NCBI GenBank assembly: GCA_964016885.1
Contig: OZ024752.1
Coordinates: 3,596,001 to 3,660,000 of the forward strand
Source: Eledone cirrhosa
Lineage: Eukaryota
Length of the DNA stretch: 64,000 nucleotides
Direction: 5' to 3'
Both the position numbers and the translations under genes were made by a program. Position 1 is the first letter of the stretch; the number at the start of each line of letters is the position of its first letter. The notes beneath the pieces were generated by a model, which did no database searches, had not been told where the DNA came from, and worked only from the letters and a program-made list of their open reading frames with translations. Of this stretch, positions 43,099 through 57,602 are shown in pieces.

Positions 43099-43154
<56 letters not shown>

Positions 43155-43158
43155 TATA

Positions 43159-43189
<31 letters not shown>

Positions 43190-43362
43190 ATATATTTATA
43201 TATATATATACATATATATATATATACACATATATATATATATATACATATATATAGATATATAGTTATAAACATATATATATAGATATATAGATATAAA
43301 CATATATATATACATATATATATATACATACATATATACACATATACATATATATATACATA

Positions 43363-43394
<32 letters not shown>

Positions 43395-43399
<5 letters not shown>

Positions 43400-44078
43400 A
43401 AATCAAAAGATGGTTAAAAGAGTTCCATGTATTTTATTATGCGCATTTCAAAAACAAATACCATCATGGGATAATATTTGCGTTCTCATGGGATAAAATA
43501 GGGAGACATGATATGAAGCTTAAAAAACACTTGCTAGCAGTGAAGTGTTAAATCAACATATGAAAAATAAAATAAGATGGATATATGAGATTGGAAAAAA
43601 GGAAAGGAAGGGGGGAAGGAAAAGGTAAGGAAGAGGAATAAGAAGAAAGAATATAGATAGAAGAAAAATATTATAAGTAAAGGATGACGGATGAGGAGTA
43701 TAAGAAGGAAGGATGAGAGAGGAGCAAAAAATGAGTGAGAGAGAGAGATAACCTTTAATACTGAGAAACACTGTCTCACAGAGAAAAATAAAAAAAAAAC
43801 GTTGTAAGATAATACATAATTTTAAAAATTAAGAAATTAAAAGTTAATTAGGTTTATGAATGGTGATGTTTATAATTAAAGAAAAATGAATTAATAATAC
43901 TATTTATTTAAGGTTTATATATTGAAGGGTTTAATAAGATGTGCGAAAAGGAATTTATTAAAATGTATTATTAAAATAAAATATATTAAGAAGATAAGGT
44001 GAATGAAGATAAGGTTAAATGAATTATGAACTTAGAGGAATTAATTAGGGTCCAAATTTGTTTCTATGTATTGTAATA

Positions 44079-44080
<2 letters not shown>
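43395..44080 (-). mobile_element. Penelope-like 3' remnant (last codons + UTR + hammerhead)
   Basis: Minus strand PITIHRNKFGP* ending 44045, pyrimidine-rich UTR, hammerhead-like motif, then (TA)n. Confidence 0.6.
43430..43500 (-). ncRNA. Hammerhead-like motif with CCCAUGA core
   Basis: TATTTTAT CCCATGA GAACGCAAATATTATC-CCAT-GATGGTATTTGTTTTT GAAA TGCGCA TA ATAAAATA. Confidence 0.7.
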
Positions 44081-44108
<28 letters not shown>

Positions 44109-44111
<3 letters not shown>

Positions 44112-45075
44112 CTTAAACAACAGAATATAGAGCACTCCTTATCCTGGTCTATAATTTGCTCAGCCCAGCCATATAATGGCAGCTCTGGCGTTTGTAATTT
44201 GTGTATAGCTGAAACCTTTAATATTATTAGAGGCGGCCCCCTATTAATCAATAGGAGAGCGGACCTTTTCAGCAACTGCCAACATAGAACCCTGAAAACC
44301 CTCCGTAGGATTTTTGGAAAGTAACCTACCACTAACTCCTCCCTCTCTAACTTAGCCATAGAGTTCTCTCAATTAGCAAAAAAAAAAAAACAGACAATCA
44401 CATACTCAGGTAGTTAGACAGCGAAGATCGTTTGCGCACTTACAAACGGTACTCGGCGTGTTTCCACGAAGTTCTCACAGCTGAGTGCACATTAGAATAT
44501 CTAGTTAGTAAATAGTTAGAAAGATTACACACTCAGGTAAGACCGATTACGCGCATTCACCATTACTTTAGGATACCTTCACCACTGAATTCTCTCGGTT
44601 AGGATATAGCTAGGCGTATTACACACTCAGATAAGACTAATTATGCTATCTAAACATAACTCTAAACACAATACCCGGTTTCTTTAGACACTGAGTTCCC
44701 ACAGTTATTACTGGTCACGTTCCTATCGATTGAACACTACACAGACTAACTTCTTTCTTTCTAGATCATCGGCACACCACTCTCTTACTTCAAACTTCTC
44801 ATAATGTACTTGTCCACAACTCACGGGCTTCAACACCTTTTTTTATCCCTCTTAATCTCACCCTGATGAAAAATAAGAGCTCAAAACAATAGTCTCTTCA
44901 TACCCTATAGTAACCGAACAGATTCAACTCGCTGTGAACTCGACTTTGTAGTAATTTTTGCTGACTCAAACCATCGCTTGTTTCTTCTGATACCAGATTT
45001 TGTCGTATAACATTTTACAGGCATATTCTCTAAATTTATGACTCATTGCAATTTCTCTCTAGGTAAATAAATTGC
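44109..45075 (+). mobile_element. Penelope-like 3' remnant (GIY-YIG C-terminus + UTR)
   Basis: KLKQQNIEHSLSWSIICSAQPYNGSSGVCNLCIAETFNII...LINRRADLFSNCQHRTLKTL; UTR has repeated ACACTCAG(G)TA; 3' boundary approximate. Confidence 0.8.
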
Positions 45076-45415
45076 TCCTCCATTAAAATTCGACTTCTAT
45101 GATTACTACTATGATTAACCCAATGAAAAGAAAAACTACAATAATCAAACACGATAATAATGTGTTTAATTGTGTTATTAATATTCATATTATTAGTAAT
45201 GTTATCATTATTATTAGTATTATTATTATCATTATTAGCAATAATTGATTGTAGTGGGGTGGGCCTTGTTATTATTCATTTGTTTGTTTGTTTGTTTGCG
45301 TGTTTGCTCAATGTGGTTTGTTTTGTGAGCGAGAGTAACCATAATTATTCTGAGAAGGGATTTGGAAGTTGAAATTTGAAGAAGAAAGAAGAAGGAGAAA
45401 GAGGAGAAGAAGAAA

Positions 45416-45447
<32 letters not shown>

Positions 45448-46568
45448 GTAGCAGGAGAAGAAATAAGAGGAGGGGGAAAGGAGAGGGTAAATATAAAGAG
45501 AAAAATAAATAATCCGGAAAGTTTTAAATTTAAATTAGGTATCTCGTGTCACGTGTGACAAATACAAGTAAATAACACTAAAACCACAAAAATAAAACAT
45601 AAACATAATACCAAATGCTGAAGGAAGCATTTAAAATGCAAAAGGATGAAAAATGCTACAAAATCTCAAATTCACTTCTCACCCCCTCCTCCCAACTCAA
45701 CTAATTACTATTTAAGAATATCTTTGAAGGACATTTCCTACCCATGATTTCTAAAATTTAATTCTTCCGAGCTAGCTAATTATTTTCCTATTGGCTAATG
45801 GAAAAATTATAAAACTGAATTTATGAAGATAATGAGTGTGTCTGGTGTGTGTCTGGCTGGAGTTGCAAGAATCTGCAGCCAATTCATGTAATATATATGA
45901 CTAGAGAATAAGATTGGTTACTGGCTGAAAATAGCATGAAAAAAAATGGACTAATTAATACAAGTTTTCACACTCATGAATGAAAGCAATATAGTCTGTC
46001 CCCAAACAGTCGTATGTTTGTTGAGGAGTCTGGATAGTGGGGTAAGGATAGAAGTTATTTTCTGCGAACTAAAAATCAATTACTTTCCCCATCACCCCTT
46101 TAATGAAATAATAAACTCGGCTGGCCTGTTGGCTAATGTTTAATTAACTATCTTAAAAACTTGACATCAACTTAATGAACTATGAAGTGAGATTTAAATA
46201 TTATAGATACTGTAATATATTTCTCATGTGATTTAATGTTTCTTTTCATTTATTTTGTTTGTCCATGTAAGCTCTCAGTCAGATAGATGACACATAATCC
46301 TTTCTGATTCGGAGCTAGTTATTTTAAATTATTCATTTCATATTGCAATTTTTTAAAAGTGGCGTCATTGGTTACACGTTTCCAACAAACCAAACACAAG
46401 CGCAGTACATTTATTATAGCGAAAATGACAAGAGACTGTTTTGGGAACTCAGAGAGAGTGGCATTTTTATTTTATCGGTTTACGCGTTGATATTTACATT
46501 TTCCATCGCTATGCAACAGCCAAATTAATGAACACGCCCTAATTCACCTACATACACACGCACACACA

Positions 46569-46614
<46 letters not shown>

Positions 46615-46629
46615 TTAATGTGTATGTAT

Positions 46630-47728
46630 ATATGTATGTATGTATGTTATGTTGGGTCACTCTTGAGTGCTACTGGTAACATGTAACCCAGTACAAACTG
46701 TCGCATGGTCGGATCGTCGGCGACTAAACCGGCAACCCCACCAAGTTTACTTGGTGAGGAGGGTGATTTTTGACACCCTGCAGGACAAAAAACAAAACCT
46801 CACAAAGGGCGGAAGAACTCATAAGAGTCAACGGCCATCCAAAAGTGTGTAAATATGTATATACACATGTACAGCGCGGTTAAACCACTGGGAATGAAGG
46901 ACCCCTAGCCTTTGTCAGGGCATTCTTCTAGGAGAAGGCAACTCAGGAAACTGGGATAACTCCGATATAAAACCTGTGGCTCAGTAGTTACCGATGATGT
47001 TTATCTTTTCTTCTTTTCAGGTTATAGCTACTGTCACTCAGAGAGTGGGATTGGCTCAGTGCACAGTCTTTCCTCACTTTAAAAATATTTCTTCACGCAC
47101 AGGCATTGCATGATAGAATTAATTAATAATTATTAATAATGGTATATCGTGCAATGGCCATACTCGATAACAAGGGGGCAGCCATCATGTATGTATGTAC
47201 GTATGTATGTCAGGTCGTCCTTGAGCGCTACTGGTAACATGTAACCCAGTACAACCTGTTGCATGGTGGGTCATTTGCGATTAAACTGGCACCCCCGCCG
47301 AGCTTTCTTGCAGAGGAGGATGAAATGTGGACTCCCTGCGAGATGAAAAACAAAACTCGGCAAAAGGCGGATTAACTCAGTAGAATTAACGGCTATCCAA
47401 ATACTATGTACATTTGTGTGTATAGGGGTCGTCATCTCTTCATACTTATGTATATAGATTTAAATTTATTTTTTATATATTTGATGAATCCTCGGATGTC
47501 TGGTTACATACGTATACTTTTATACATACATTTTAATTCTTTCAACTTTAAATATTTTTACATACATACGTACGTATGTACGCAGTCTTTTCTCACTTTA
47601 AAACATATTTTCACGCACAGGCATGGCACGATAGAATTAATTAATAATTATTAATAATGGTATATCGTGCAATGGCCTTACTCGATAACGAGGTGGCAGC
47701 CATCATGTATGTTCGTACGTATGTATGT
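46630..47728. repeat. Diverged tandem duplication (~520-580 bp) of a LINE 5' UTR-like sequence
   Basis: 46662-46850 matches 47221-47400; 47063-47210 matches 47583-47728; TCTAGGAGAAGGCAACTC resembles RTE 5' regions. Confidence 0.65.
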
Positions 47729-47954
47729 AGCATTGCCTAAATCTATATAGCAATGTGCATAATAATTCGAACTGTGAGGCTTCTACTAGTTCACTCAACT
47801 AGCTAGAAATAGCAACAAAATAGTCATAGCATATGAGATAAAAAGAAGAAACATTCAAAAATACAATCTTTGTTTCACATGATCTCGTAAATTATGGCTG
47901 GAATATTGTTTCTCGCGCCTACTTTATCACGTCCGACGTCTGGGTAACCAACAG

Positions 47955-48085
47955 CTGAGTTCAAATCCCGCCGATGTTAGCTTTGCCTTTCATCCTTGGG
48001 GGCTTGATAAAATAAAGTACCAGTAATTCACTTGGGTTGATTTAATAGACTTTCCCCAAACATTGCTGGCTTTCTTCCTAAAGAT
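47955..48085 (+). mobile_element. SINE partial copy
   Basis: GAGTTCAAATCCCGCCGATGTTAGCTTTGCCTTTCATCC. Confidence 0.8.
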
Positions 48086-48134
48086 GAAACAATATTTACA
48101 AGATTTCACCAATCTTTGGCATCCCAAACAAAGA

Positions 48135-48300
48135 CATCCCAAATGAAGTCCCACCGTATAAAACAAAGACATCCGAATGAAGTCCCACCGTATAAAAGAA
48201 AGACATCCGAATGAAGTCCCACCGTATAAAACAAAGACATCCCAAATGAAGTCCCACCGTATAAAACAAAGACATCCCAAATGAAGTCCCACCGTATAAA
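48135..48300. repeat. Minisatellite, 5 x 34-35 bp
   Basis: CATCC(C/G)AATGAAGTCCCACCGTATAAAACAAAGA at 48135, 48170, 48204, 48238, 48273; no spacers. Confidence 0.95.
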
Positions 48301-48739
48301 TTCAGTAATGTCATACCGGAATCATTTAAACATAGATCAGCTCGAAACATGCTGACCTGGAGGTAAATAGCAATGGACACAACCATAATAAGGAAAGAAT
48401 TTCGATCATGTTTCTATATACAATAAGACTAAAGTGTGTATTAATTATTTTTCTATTCCTCAGAAAGAAGTGAGATGAAATATGGAATATATTCATTCTT
48501 TTCTGGATAAGAAGGGTTGAGTTCTGGGCTTGGGATTTGAGACACAGGTGGAGTGATCACAAGTAGACCTATATGGAGAGAGCATTCTGATAGCTAGTTC
48601 AGAGCAGATGTTGTAATATTAGTGTTGGAAGAGGAAGAGAAAAGAGCCCATCAGGTTGTCTGGGAGCTAGTTGTTTAAGTGTGTTGCTGAGTGTATATTT
48701 GTTATGAAGTCGAATGGGTATTAACTAAAGTGCCACAAA

Positions 48740-49315
48740 AATTGCTGGCCTTGTCTCAAATTATTAATATTATCATCATTATTAATCTTAACCTCGAGTT
48801 CAAATTCCGCCGAGGTTAAGCTTCACCTTTCATCCTTACGGGGTCAATAAAATAAAGTACCTGTAACACATTGGGGCTGATTTAATCGAATTTTCCTCCC
48901 CTCCAAAATCAGTGGGCTTGTGCCTAAATCAGAATGATTATTAAGGGCGGTGGATTGGCAGTAACAGTACAGCGTCAGGCACCATGTTTTGCAGCATAGA
49001 ATTATGGCCCTTTACGTTCTGAGTTTAAATCCCGGGAAGGTTAACTTTGTCTTTCATCCTTACGGGGTCGATAAAGTAAAGCACCAGTAATGTCCTGGGG
49101 TCGATTTAATCGACTTTCCCCTCCCCCCAATATTGCGGGTCCCTCAATATGCTTAGCAGCATGGAGTTACGGCGCTTTATGGCCTGGGCTCCAAACCCAC
49201 CGAGGTTAACTTTACTTTTCATCCTTACGGGGTCGATAAAATAAAGTACCAGTAATGCACTGGGATAATTGCTGGCCTTGTGCCAAAAGTAGAAACAATT
49301 ATTATTAGTAGTAGT
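48740..49315 (+). mobile_element. Head-to-tail cluster of 3-4 SINE copies
   Basis: Cores at ~48812, ~49038, ~49202; head GGCGGTGGATTGGCAG at 48946. Confidence 0.85.
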
Positions 49316-50999
49316 ATTCGTTGTAGTTGTTATTGTTGTAGTTAAGTAGAGATAAGACGCTAGCGGACGATTATCCACGTGCATAAATATGTAAAGAGAC
49401 ACATGAACAGATATAACTGAGTATATCTATGTTGATAAGTTATGACAACTATTCTGTTGTGGTAAGTAACCATTTAATCTTTCGTTAATATATATATGTA
49501 TGGGGGGGGGGTATGTTTGGGTGGTGTGTGTGAGTACATTCTTGATATTAAACATATTTTTAGTTTTGAAAATATTTTCCACTATGTTGCAGTTAACTGG
49601 AGGCTATGTACAGTAAAACAATATATATTCAATAGTGTCTTTGATTATAAATTGATTAAACTACATAAAAATATAATGAAATCAAAGAAAACAAAAAACT
49701 CATTCCCTGAAAATATCAGCAAATAAACGAATAAAACATATTGAAAACCTTCAAAAGAAGTCAATTTCTACCACTTATTGGCTTTACACTTCAGAAGAAA
49801 GGGCTAGACAAGTAGCGTTGAAGTGAAGCTGGAAATAGCTCTTCACCATTACTGACGTCGACAAATGGAACCAGCTCTTCAAGTACTAAAAGAAGAAAGT
49901 TTTTCACAGACACACATATATGTGTGTGTATGTATTGCGTGTATGTGTAAGGTATGTGTACGTGTGTGTATGTATTCATTTATTGTTATCGTTTTTTAGC
50001 ATTTCCTCTATATTTTCTTCTTTTCTTAACCAGCACACAATCACTCAATTGTTATTCAAGAGGATTTCAGATGAATAGAATCAGATTCACTCTAAAATAT
50101 TTTAAAGGACTTATGCTATCTGCCTGGAAGACATTTGTTGCAAAGTATTCAATATTTCAATACTTTATTAAATCCGAAGAGTTTTATCATTAAGACTCTT
50201 GTTTAGTTTGATATTGTGCGTATTTTCATTGACCTTGCCTCATGTATTTTTTGCGTTATTTTGTTTTAGTATTATTAACTGTAATGTTTAATGACAGTTC
50301 CACTATCCTGAAGTTTTAGTCGACTCCATAGAGAGCTAACAACAAACCAGTAATTTCTAATTATACCACTGGGTTAATTACCCTCTTTATCTAAACAGGA
50401 AAATAATGATTTTTAAACATTTACTTAATTCATTACTTTCAGTTTAATAAACGAAATAAATATTGAGTGATTTTCAATTAAATCATTCTCTCTCTCTCTC
50501 TCTCTGATATTAAAGCAGATGGGTAGCCTAGATAGATGTATGATTAAAATAATCAATTTCTCGGTCCTTTCCAATTGTAAATACATATAATGAGAAAGAG
50601 GCGAAAGTTTGTATATATGTATAAACTAATATTTTTGTTGTACTCAATAATGGTGAACTATCGACATATGTGAGTATATCATAATGATTTATTTAAAGTT
50701 ATGATGACTTTATCGTTGCTATTTAACTCAATCCCACTTGTGATCAAGCTCGTCTATATTCAAATAAATTCCAATTGGAACCATCTTTTATTTGTTTCTG
50801 ACATAATATAGCTATGTATACTTTAGCCAAATAACCTTTACTTTTAAAGTCATTAGAATATAATTTAAGGCTGTTGTTTCTAGGTGGTCGACCAATCACA
50901 TACAGACTTCCAGTTTTCCGCGATATGTAGTAATATATTATTTAATTTACAACTTTTGAGTAAATTTGTATATATATGTGGTTTTGTTCCCCATAAAAA

Positions 51000-53360
51000 T
51001 ACCAATGATCAAGGCGTTGCTATCCACAATTTTCAGTTATATACGAATACGTTACAAATTTGTTGGGGCTTTTCATGAATACATTACGGTATTGTTTGAG
51101 GTGCATTTAGCTGCGATTTCTACCAAATCAAGTTGAGCTTCCCACATGCGATCGGTTTATACTACATTGATGTAGAATCCTTTTGATAACATGTTTATCT
51201 ACGAGCATGAATTGTCTTATATTGAAACATTCAGGTAGAGCTTTTATAATTACGTTTACATAGTGCATTTCATGCTTGATACATTTTCTATTTTCTCTAA
51301 TATTAATGCTCATTCTTCAAGTAATAGGTAAAGTTTGGTATTTATTCTTAATCGCTATCATCTAATTCACCCGTTTGTACTCAAAGGTCATCTGTTTCTG
51401 CCTACACACTTCTAGATCCAATCTTACATTTGTATAATAATTACAATTTTGCTATTGTTGAACATCGGCTCAAATGAAATTTCAATCTCTGCTGTTTGCT
51501 CTCAGTCTCTTAAGTTTTAAAAATGTGTAACTGATTTAGCATGTTTCCTGCAATGTGCAATTACACATTGATGCATATAGGAATTCATATGACCACTCCA
51601 GTTATATTGCTACAACTAGGATTTGAAATAAAATGTAAAGTATATAGTAGTTCAGATTCTGCGAATATCCATTCGGTTAATTTTGTAACACATTATGTTC
51701 ATAAACAGATAGCTACTCGTTGTAAGTTTGTTTTCGTCATTCATCCAGAGTTCTACTGAATAATCTATCCTATTTTTAAAAAAACCTCCCAGGCGTCAGC
51801 AAACAATTATTTATCATGATATATTGCATCGAGAATCCAATGTGTAATTCCCCTTTCAATATTGTAGACTGCATAATATGAAAGGGAATTACCTGCTATT
51901 TCTAGGTCAATTAAACACATATTTACTTCTGCATTGTTCCGTAATAACAGCAATTTGTGGTAAACAGAGACTCATTGTAGTTCAGAAGGTGTACAGGCTA
52001 ACATTATTTGGGAGAAATCAAACGACAAAATAATTTTAATGGTTTTCAATAAAGCAAGGAAGATTATTTGTTTCCTTCGCAGAAAATAAACATTTTTTTT
52101 CACTCACTAACGATATATCTACTGATCGTGTTACCATAGAGTCAGAATCATTCTACTTATGGTTTTCCCAGAAATATTCGCATAGAAGTATCTACATTTG
52201 CTGTACAATTTCTGTGTAACGCCACATAGCTTCAAAATTGATCCTAAACATTTCTTCATTTCGTCTGTTGCACCACTGCATATGTACTGCTAAACACGCA
52301 AATGCGTTCTAAGGGAACAATGCAACCAGCTTTGAATATTTGTGTACCATTATAATGTGTTCCCGATCGTAATATATAGTTATGTGATTCTGTGTTCCAT
52401 TGCCAAGAAAGACACTAATTTCATGAATTACTATTCCTTTGAATCTCTTCCAAAATCTTACATATATTAAGAACATTTCCTATCTTCTTCGGTATTTCGC
52501 TTTCTTCAATAACAACTTTTATAGGATGCTTATACTCAGAAATGCCAGAAACTTACAATCTTTTCATACATACATGAGCACTCCCCGCATTTGCAAAATC
52601 AGTGCAACAAAGTTTGATGCTATGGACGACGCTTATTTTCAATCTCTTCTGTATGAAGATTCCAGCGAGACTGGTCTGTTTAAGCGCATGTTACTGTAGC
52701 TAAATAAAAATAATATTCCAAGAGTTTTTTGTAGCTCATAATACGGTTTTCCCTTTTTTTCATACAAGGCCTCACTTTTTAATTCTATTGATCTTAAATA
52801 CAATGGTGTCATTCACACTCAACCCGGATATATCAGGATATAAAGATACATTAGCCTCACGCAATGACATCCCGAAAACATATGTAAATGGATATATGAC
52901 AACCTTGTATTCTTAACAGCAAAAATACACAATGATATCACAAACAAAGAACAGCCTTGTACAAAAAACTTACCATGATTTGCACTACCCAATGAAAGCC
53001 TCAAAATGTGTATCAAAATGTTGCCTTGCACAATCAGTATTTATCGATCACATCACTGAACACGTCAAAAATAGTTCAGCACTGATGTCTTATTGGCAGT
53101 TTATAAAGATCAATTGTATCCGACATTACATTACTGTGGAAATATCAGGGTTTCTACCGATTTCGCACATGCAACATAAATTAAGAACTAAATTCAAAAA
53201 TAGCTTATTTGGTTAATTTTCAAAAAGTCATTCTACAACAGACCAAAACCGTTGGTGTATAATGCTTGTTGTGTCTCTCTACATATTCTACTTTCCGTAC
53301 AATAGCATTTCCTCCTTTAATATATAGACTACATACTACTTCAACCCAGGTGAACTTGTT
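51000..53360 (-). pseudogene. Possible very decayed hAT-type transposase
   Basis: Microsatellite-free block with faint W..YS..AYC..GF-like and downstream hAT-like traces; no continuous frame; boundaries uncertain. Confidence 0.2.
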
Positions 53361-53668
53361 CCACTCATCTTTCACATGATAAGATCATCAACTAAATGAT
53401 CATATATGTGTATATTGCCAATAGGTGAAAGCTGCTTCTTATGGCACAGCATGTAATTTTACTACCTCCTTTCACAGTTAGCCTGAAAGTATTTTCAGAT
53501 ACAAAATCTTAGCTGTTAAGCTGGTGAAATTATGATATTCAGTTACACACACATATGCATAATAGATTTAGATTTTATCTTAATTTCTAGAAACATTCGT
53601 CTTTTAAAAGAATATATATGCATGTATATATATATATATATATATATGCGCGCGTGAGTGTGTGTGTG

Positions 53669-53699
<31 letters not shown>

Positions 53700-54962
53700 A
53701 TGTTTGGTGGTGTATAATTTATTTTTACTTTTAATAATCAGTGTCTGAATTTCTGAGGATTTTTAAAATTCCTTCATCAAGCAAAACTAGCACTTTCTGA
53801 ACTAATACTATATTTACGATTTAAATGAAACTGATTTTTTTTTCTATTTTAGTTCCCATGACTGAAGGTAAAATATAACATTTGTAAATTTCTAATCTGT
53901 TATCTCTTGTGAATCTTTACGATTTCTTTTCAAAGATATTTCACTTCAAAATGGATGTGGTTCGTTCTCTTTCTCAAGAAACTGTGATCTTTGTTTTGTT
54001 TCTATTTATCTCAATTTACAATCGTTGCATTCTACGAATTCTCCTAGTTTAGAATGTGTAAATATTTCACAATACATGCATTCTAATGCAATGTCTTTAC
54101 ATATGATATTTATACACATCTAAGCTGTTCTCAAATATAAACGCTTAGCTATAAGAATTTATGAATATTTTTTTCATAAAAGGAATGTATGTATATCTAG
54201 TGGTCTTCCCGATATAGGTAAAATTATATGCAGTGAGAACTCTGAAATACTTATGCATCAGAATTAGTATGAATATATAAGCGCATATATATTCATAGAT
54301 TGAAATGATAGCTTCCAGCAAGATTTCAGAAACTTGTGTGATACACTATTTTTATGAATTATGTTTATATCTGATCAGAATTGTGAAGTAGTTAAATTCA
54401 TGGAAGTAAATAAGTAATTTTAGAACGCAACTGAATGAAAAGCATGATTTTAGATCATTCAACCTAAAGTATGTATAGGATATATGTATGGTGCAGATAT
54501 TTGAAGTTAGAAGTATATGATGGACATATAAGAGTAAGAATTATATGATGGACAGTATAAGAGAGACATTTGGTGAGTATGGATAGCAGCAATAGTATGC
54601 AGTTTGTAGTTCAAAGAAATAGAGGACAAATCTTGAGAAGCTAAGCTTCACAGTACCAGAAGGAGTATGGCTAAATAATGGAAATGGAAAAATATGTAAA
54701 TTATTTCAGAATGTCATGTAAGAAAATGATATAGAAACATATACATATGCACTTACACACACCAAACATGAAATTACAGATCAACATATGCAATATCACA
54801 AACACATATATACATACTACCATGTTAATCTAATTGATTCTGTCTACATTCTATTGAACGAAACTTGTTTCTATGTTAAACCGTCTCTCTCTATTAGTGA
54901 AAATGCATAATATAATGTTTTTTGATTTAAACACAAGGGTAACAAAAACTAGAAGAACATAC

Positions 54963-54993
<31 letters not shown>

Positions 54994-55996
54994 ATACAAG
55001 GACGGATTTGTTAAGCCTTCATTACATTTATTGATTGATGACGCGCGTTTCGCTATTGATCAGCTCAAGGTTCAATGTGTATCGATATATCTGTTTATAT
55101 GTACGTATATATCTATTAATATATCCATGTACGGATGAATGGACGACTAGATTAATGTATAGATATACATTAACAGCAGTATGCCAATACACATACTCTG
55201 ACATATTTGAAGTTACATAAATTGATATAATTCCTAGTAATACAATCTGAAAGCATTTTACGAGCGAGATAAGAAATGAGTTATCGACTGTATACAGTCG
55301 TGACTGATTTACCTCCCTTTCAAAATCCATAATGCCAACTCAACGTCACCCTCTGCTATTTATTACAAAGCTTCTTCGGCACCTATGATTTCCAAATACA
55401 CTGATGGCGTTTTAACCAGAAATATATATAGTTGGCTCGGAAATTTCTCCTGAGATAAATGAACACACGTTTTCTTGATTTCTATATATTCAAGATTCAT
55501 TTTTTCTTTATATTTATTTCATATCGACGTTCGTAAAGCCTCAACTAATGTCTAATTAGTTGTAGATCATTTCCAATGAATAAATACCGTGATTAGACGA
55601 GATAAATAGTGTTATATAAGGTTGATGTGTGTTTGTCTAGCTCTCACAACCATATACTTGTATACATACATGCAAACGCACACGCACATCCAAACACAAA
55701 CACTCACCCATATATGTATATGTATACCTGCATATAGATACTCCAACACACATAGACACACACGCACATACATGCACACACATACCTGCACACACACACA
55801 TATATATATATATAAAGCTAATATAAAATAGGAATCCATCATCCTTATGATAATTTCTTGTCTGTTCTGCTAGCTTAGCATGTCAGATTTGATATAAATA
55901 TAGATGTGTGTATGTTACATGTATCGCTATACACATTGAGCCTCTATCCCCAACACAGGCACATATACAGACACAGACACAGCCACAGACACACAC

Positions 55997-56085
<89 letters not shown>

Positions 56086-56092
56086 TACATAT

Positions 56093-56192
56093 ATAAGCAT
56101 ACGCACACATACCAACAAACGCACAAACATGTTCATACATTGATGCACATCACACACATGTGCTCGTGTATTACGCCTGACAGTCTATATAT

Positions 56193-56275
<83 letters not shown>

Positions 56276-56365
56276 CATACACACACATACCAACAAACAC
56301 ACAAACATGTTCATACATTGATGCACATCACACACATGTGCTCGTGTATTACGCCTGACAGTCTA
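56093..56365. repeat. Tandem duplication of ~94 bp unique sequence plus (CA)(TA) tract
   Basis: 56093-56186 matches 56271-56365. Confidence 0.85.
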
Positions 56366-57069
56366 GCTTGTAGATATAAATTGAAGCAGCTGGAGTTATT
56401 CAATTCAACCTCATTCATGTTTTCTCTTCAATGCATAAGATGTGTTAATCCCTCAAGATGAAATTTATAGCAAAGGAAAATTTACATTTAAATATATTTA
56501 AATATATTGATGTTAAACTTGGAGCCACAGCTAAATATATGTCTACAACACAGTAACTGAATTATGTACTTTTGAAAGTTAACAATTTTCACTTCCCGAT
56601 AAATAAATTAAAATCCATCTCTGAAAACAAGCCACAGTCTGGTATTGAGGTCTGAAAATATATATCAGGATTACATATTCTGTTTAGGAATTTACTTCTT
56701 AGAATCTATGTCCAGGATTAAGGATTCTTTGGAATTTGGTCTTATGGAATTCATATGAATGTTAGGACTTCCTTTAAAATCCGGATTTTGGAAATCCGTA
56801 GCCATGCTAGATCTTTTGTTGTTCAATTCAATTTCAAAGTAAGAGAAACATTCCTGGAATATGTCAAAACTTTATGGAATTATGGATCAGATTTCAGTGT
56901 ACTTTTCTACTTGAGATCTATAACCAATTAATCTAGATTGCTGTGTTTGATGCCTATCCTAAAGATGAAATGTTGATTCTGGTAAATGATATAAAATTCA
57001 AAACAACATACTTTGTAATAACAACATCTTTGCATAATAAATCCTATTTAGATGCATGGTCACAGACTG

Positions 57070-57103
<34 letters not shown>

Positions 57104-57602
57104 TGGTAGTAGTAGTAGTAGTTTTTGTTGTAGCATCAGCAGCAACTGTATTATTAGTAGTATTAGTTATAATAGACTTTGTAATAAAAATATCTTTGAA
57201 TAATAAATACTACCTAGATGCTTAGTCGCAGAGTAGTAGTAATAATAGTAGTGGTAGTAGTAGTAGCAGCAACAATAGTAGTAGTTGTTGTTTTTGCCCC
57301 AGATAAAACCTAATAAAGGAAATCTATGTTCACAGGACTTTAATCTATGACCAACTATGTAAATTTCAGACACAGGATTATATAGTTCTGCATGCATCAT
57401 ATGCCGTTCCTTTTCAAATATGGCGTTCCTTTTCAAATATGACTGATTTAATGGAGATTTGAGAAGACCAGATCAAAGGGCTTTCATTCATGACCATCCC
57501 ACTTTTTTCTGTGTAAGGGGAATTATATTCTTCGATGTGTATTTCCTATTTTACTATGACATGCATGTTTTATTTGAAATAGTTCTCTCCTATTATTATC
57601 AT

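Noticed and set aside
44863-45070. Possible very long hammerhead in a PLE UTR (CTGATGA 44863 ... GCAA ... TA GGTAA)
   Set aside because: Stems II and III could not be paired convincingly
48135-48300. CRISPR-sized 35 bp repeats
   Set aside because: Units are contiguous with no unique spacers, no cas genes, eukaryotic context
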